The translations under genes and the position numbers were made by a program. 64,000 nt of DNA from Eledone cirrhosa (Eukaryota): NCBI GenBank assembly GCA_964016885.1, contig OZ024744.1, forward strand, positions 128,960,001 through 129,024,000, in the 5' to 3' direction. Every line of letters begins with the position of its first letter. Positions within the stretch are counted from its first letter, which is position 1. Positions 61,851 to 64,000 of this stretch are shown piece after piece. The notes beneath the pieces are model-generated. The model was not told the DNA's origin. It did no database searches and was given only the letters and a program-made list of their open reading frames with translations.

Positions 61851-64000
61851 GTTGAGTTTAAGTTAAGTTGGGATTAAGTTAAGTTGGGGTTAAGTTAAGA
61901 TGGGGTTAAGTTATGTTGAGGTTAAGTTAAGTTGGGGTTAAATTAAGTTGGGGTTAAGTTAAGTTGGGGTTAAGTTAAGTTGGGGTTAGGTTAAGTTGGG
62001 TTTAAGTTAAGTTGGGGATAAGTTAAGTTGGGGTTAAGTTAAGTTGGGTTTAAGTTAAGTTGGGGTTAAGTTAAGTTGGGGTTAAGTTAAGTTGGGGTTA
62101 AATTAAGTTGGGGTTAAGTTAAGTTGGGGTTGAGTAAAGTTGGGGTTAAGTTAAGTTGGGGTTAAATTAAGTTGGGGTTAAGTTAAGTTGGGGTTGAGTG
62201 AAGTTGGGGTTAAGTTAAGTTGGGGTTAAATTAAGTTGGGGTTAAGTTTAGTTGGGGTTGAGTTTAGTTGGGGTTAATTTAAGTTGGGGTTAAGTTAAGT
62301 TGGTTAGTTAAGTTGAGTTTAAGTTAAGTTGGGGTTAATTTAAGTTGGGGTTAAGTTAAGTTGGGGTTAAGTTAATTTGGGGTTAAGTTAAGTTGGGGTT
62401 CAGTTAAGTTGGGGTTCAGTTAAGTTGGGGTTAAGTTGGGGTAAAATTAAGTTGGGGTTAAGTTAAGTTGCGGTTAAGTTAAAATGAGGTTAAGTTAAGT
62501 TGGGGTTAAGTTAAGTTGGGGTTAAGTTAAGTTGGGGCTAAGTTAAGTTGGGGCTAAGTTAAGTTGGGGCTAAGTTAAGTTGGGATTAAGTTAACTTTGG
62601 GTTAAGTTAAGTTGGGTTTGAGTTAAGTTGGGGTTAATTAAGTTGGGGTTAAGTTAAGTTGGGGTTAAGTTAAGTTGGGGTTAAGTTAAGTTGGGGTTAA
62701 GTTAAGTTGATGTTAAGTTAAGTTGGGGTTAATTTAAGTTGGGGTTAAGTTAAGTTGGGGCTAAGTTAAGTTGGGGTTAAGTTAATTAGGGTTAAGTTAA
62801 GTTGGGGTTAAGTTAAGTTGGGGTTAAGTTAAGTTGGGGTTAAGTTAATTTGTGGTTAAGTTAAGTTGGGGTTAAGTTAAGTTGGGGTTAAGTTAAGTTG
62901 GGGATAAGTTAAGTTGAGGATAAGTTAAGTTGGGGTTAATTAAGTTGGGTTTAAGTTAAGTTGGGGTTAAGTTAAGTTGGGGTTAAGTTAAGTTGGGGTT
63001 AAGTTAAGTTGGTTAGTTAAGTTGAGTTTAAGTTAAGTTGGGGTTAATTTAAGTTGGGGTTAAGTTAAGTTGGGGTTAAGTTAATTTGGGGTTAAGTTAA
63101 GTTGGGGTTCAGTTAAGTTGGGGTTAAGTTAAGTTGGGGTTAAGTTGGGGTAAAATTAAGTTGGGGTTAAGTTAAGTTGCGGTTAAGTTAAAATGAGGTT
63201 AAGTTAAGTTGGGGTTAAGTTAAGTTGGGGTTAAGTTAAGTTTGGGCTAAGTTAAGTTGGGGCTAAGTTAAGTTGGGGCTAAGTTAAGTTGGGGTTAAGT
63301 TAACTTTGGGTTAAGTTAAGTTGGGTTTGAGTTAAGTTGGGGTTAATTAAGTTGGGGTTAAGTTAAGTTGGGGTTAAGTTAAGTTGGGGTTAAGTTAAGT
63401 TGGGGTTAAGTTAAGTTGATGTTAAGTTAAGTTGGGGTTAATTTAAGTTGGGGTTAAGTTAAGTTGGGGCTAAGTTAAGTTGGAGCTAAGTTAAGTTGGG
63501 GCTAAGTTAAGTTGGGGTTAAGTTAAGTTGGGGTTAAGTTAAGGTGGGGTTAAGTTAAGTTGGTGGTAAGTTAAGTTGGGGGTAAGTTAAGATGGGGTTA
63601 AGTTAGGGTTAAGTTAAGTTAGGGTTAAGTTAATTTGGGGTTGAGTTAAGTTGGGGTTAAGTTAAGTGGTGGTTATGTTAAGTTGGGGTTAAGTTAAGTT
63701 GGGGTTAATTTAAATTGGGGTTAATTTAAATTTGTTGTTAAGTTAAGTTGGGGTTAATTTAAGTTGGGGTTAAGTTAAGTTGGGGTTGAGTTAAGTTGGG
63801 GTTGAGTGAAGTTGGGGTTAAGTTAAGTTGGGGTTAAGTTAAGTTGGGGTTGAGTTAAGTTGGGGTTAATTTAAGTTGGGGCTAAGTTCATTTGGGGTTC
63901 AGTTAAGTTGGGGTTAAATTAAGTTGGGGTTAAGTTAAGTTGGGGTTAAATTAAGTTGGGGTTAAGTTAAGTTGGGGTTAAGTTAAGTTGGGGTTAAGTT
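61851..64000 (+). repeat. 16-bp array resumes in the same orientation; the HOR marker order is recovered from ~62300
   Basis: The consensus is unchanged. TGATG at 62709/63418 shows the 709-bp spacing, and GGAGCT occurs at 63482. Confidence 0.98.

Noticed and set aside
1-64000. Protein-coding ORFs
   Set aside because: TTAA gives TAA on both strands twice per monomer, and the 16-bp period cycles the stops through all frames. The island is stop-rich, low-complexity sequence.

Overview
This window is almost entirely non-coding tandem repeat and looks like eukaryotic satellite or telomere-like DNA; the organism cannot be determined from the sequence. About 61.8 kb (1-59649 and 61851-64000) is a strand-asymmetric 16-bp repeat, TTAAGTTAAGTTGGGG, G/T-rich on the + strand. 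Rare variant monomers recur in a fixed order and reveal several layers of structure: a ~4.16-kb higher-order repeat (about 260 monomers), internal duplications of ~891, ~536 and ~709 bp within it, and recent larger duplications with offsets of ~13.88, ~6.87 and ~9.34 kb. A 2.2-kb AT-rich island (59650-61850) interrupts the array. It consists of ~37-bp repeats carrying a perfect 18-bp palindrome (AGGTTTTTCGAAAAACCT), flanking four copies (one truncated) of a ~300-bp unit with two long imperfect hairpins. The satellite next to the island is more diverged and appears to keep an older form of the repeat. I found no CDS, RNA gene or CRISPR array. All coordinates and offsets were read by eye from marker variants, so boundaries are approximate.
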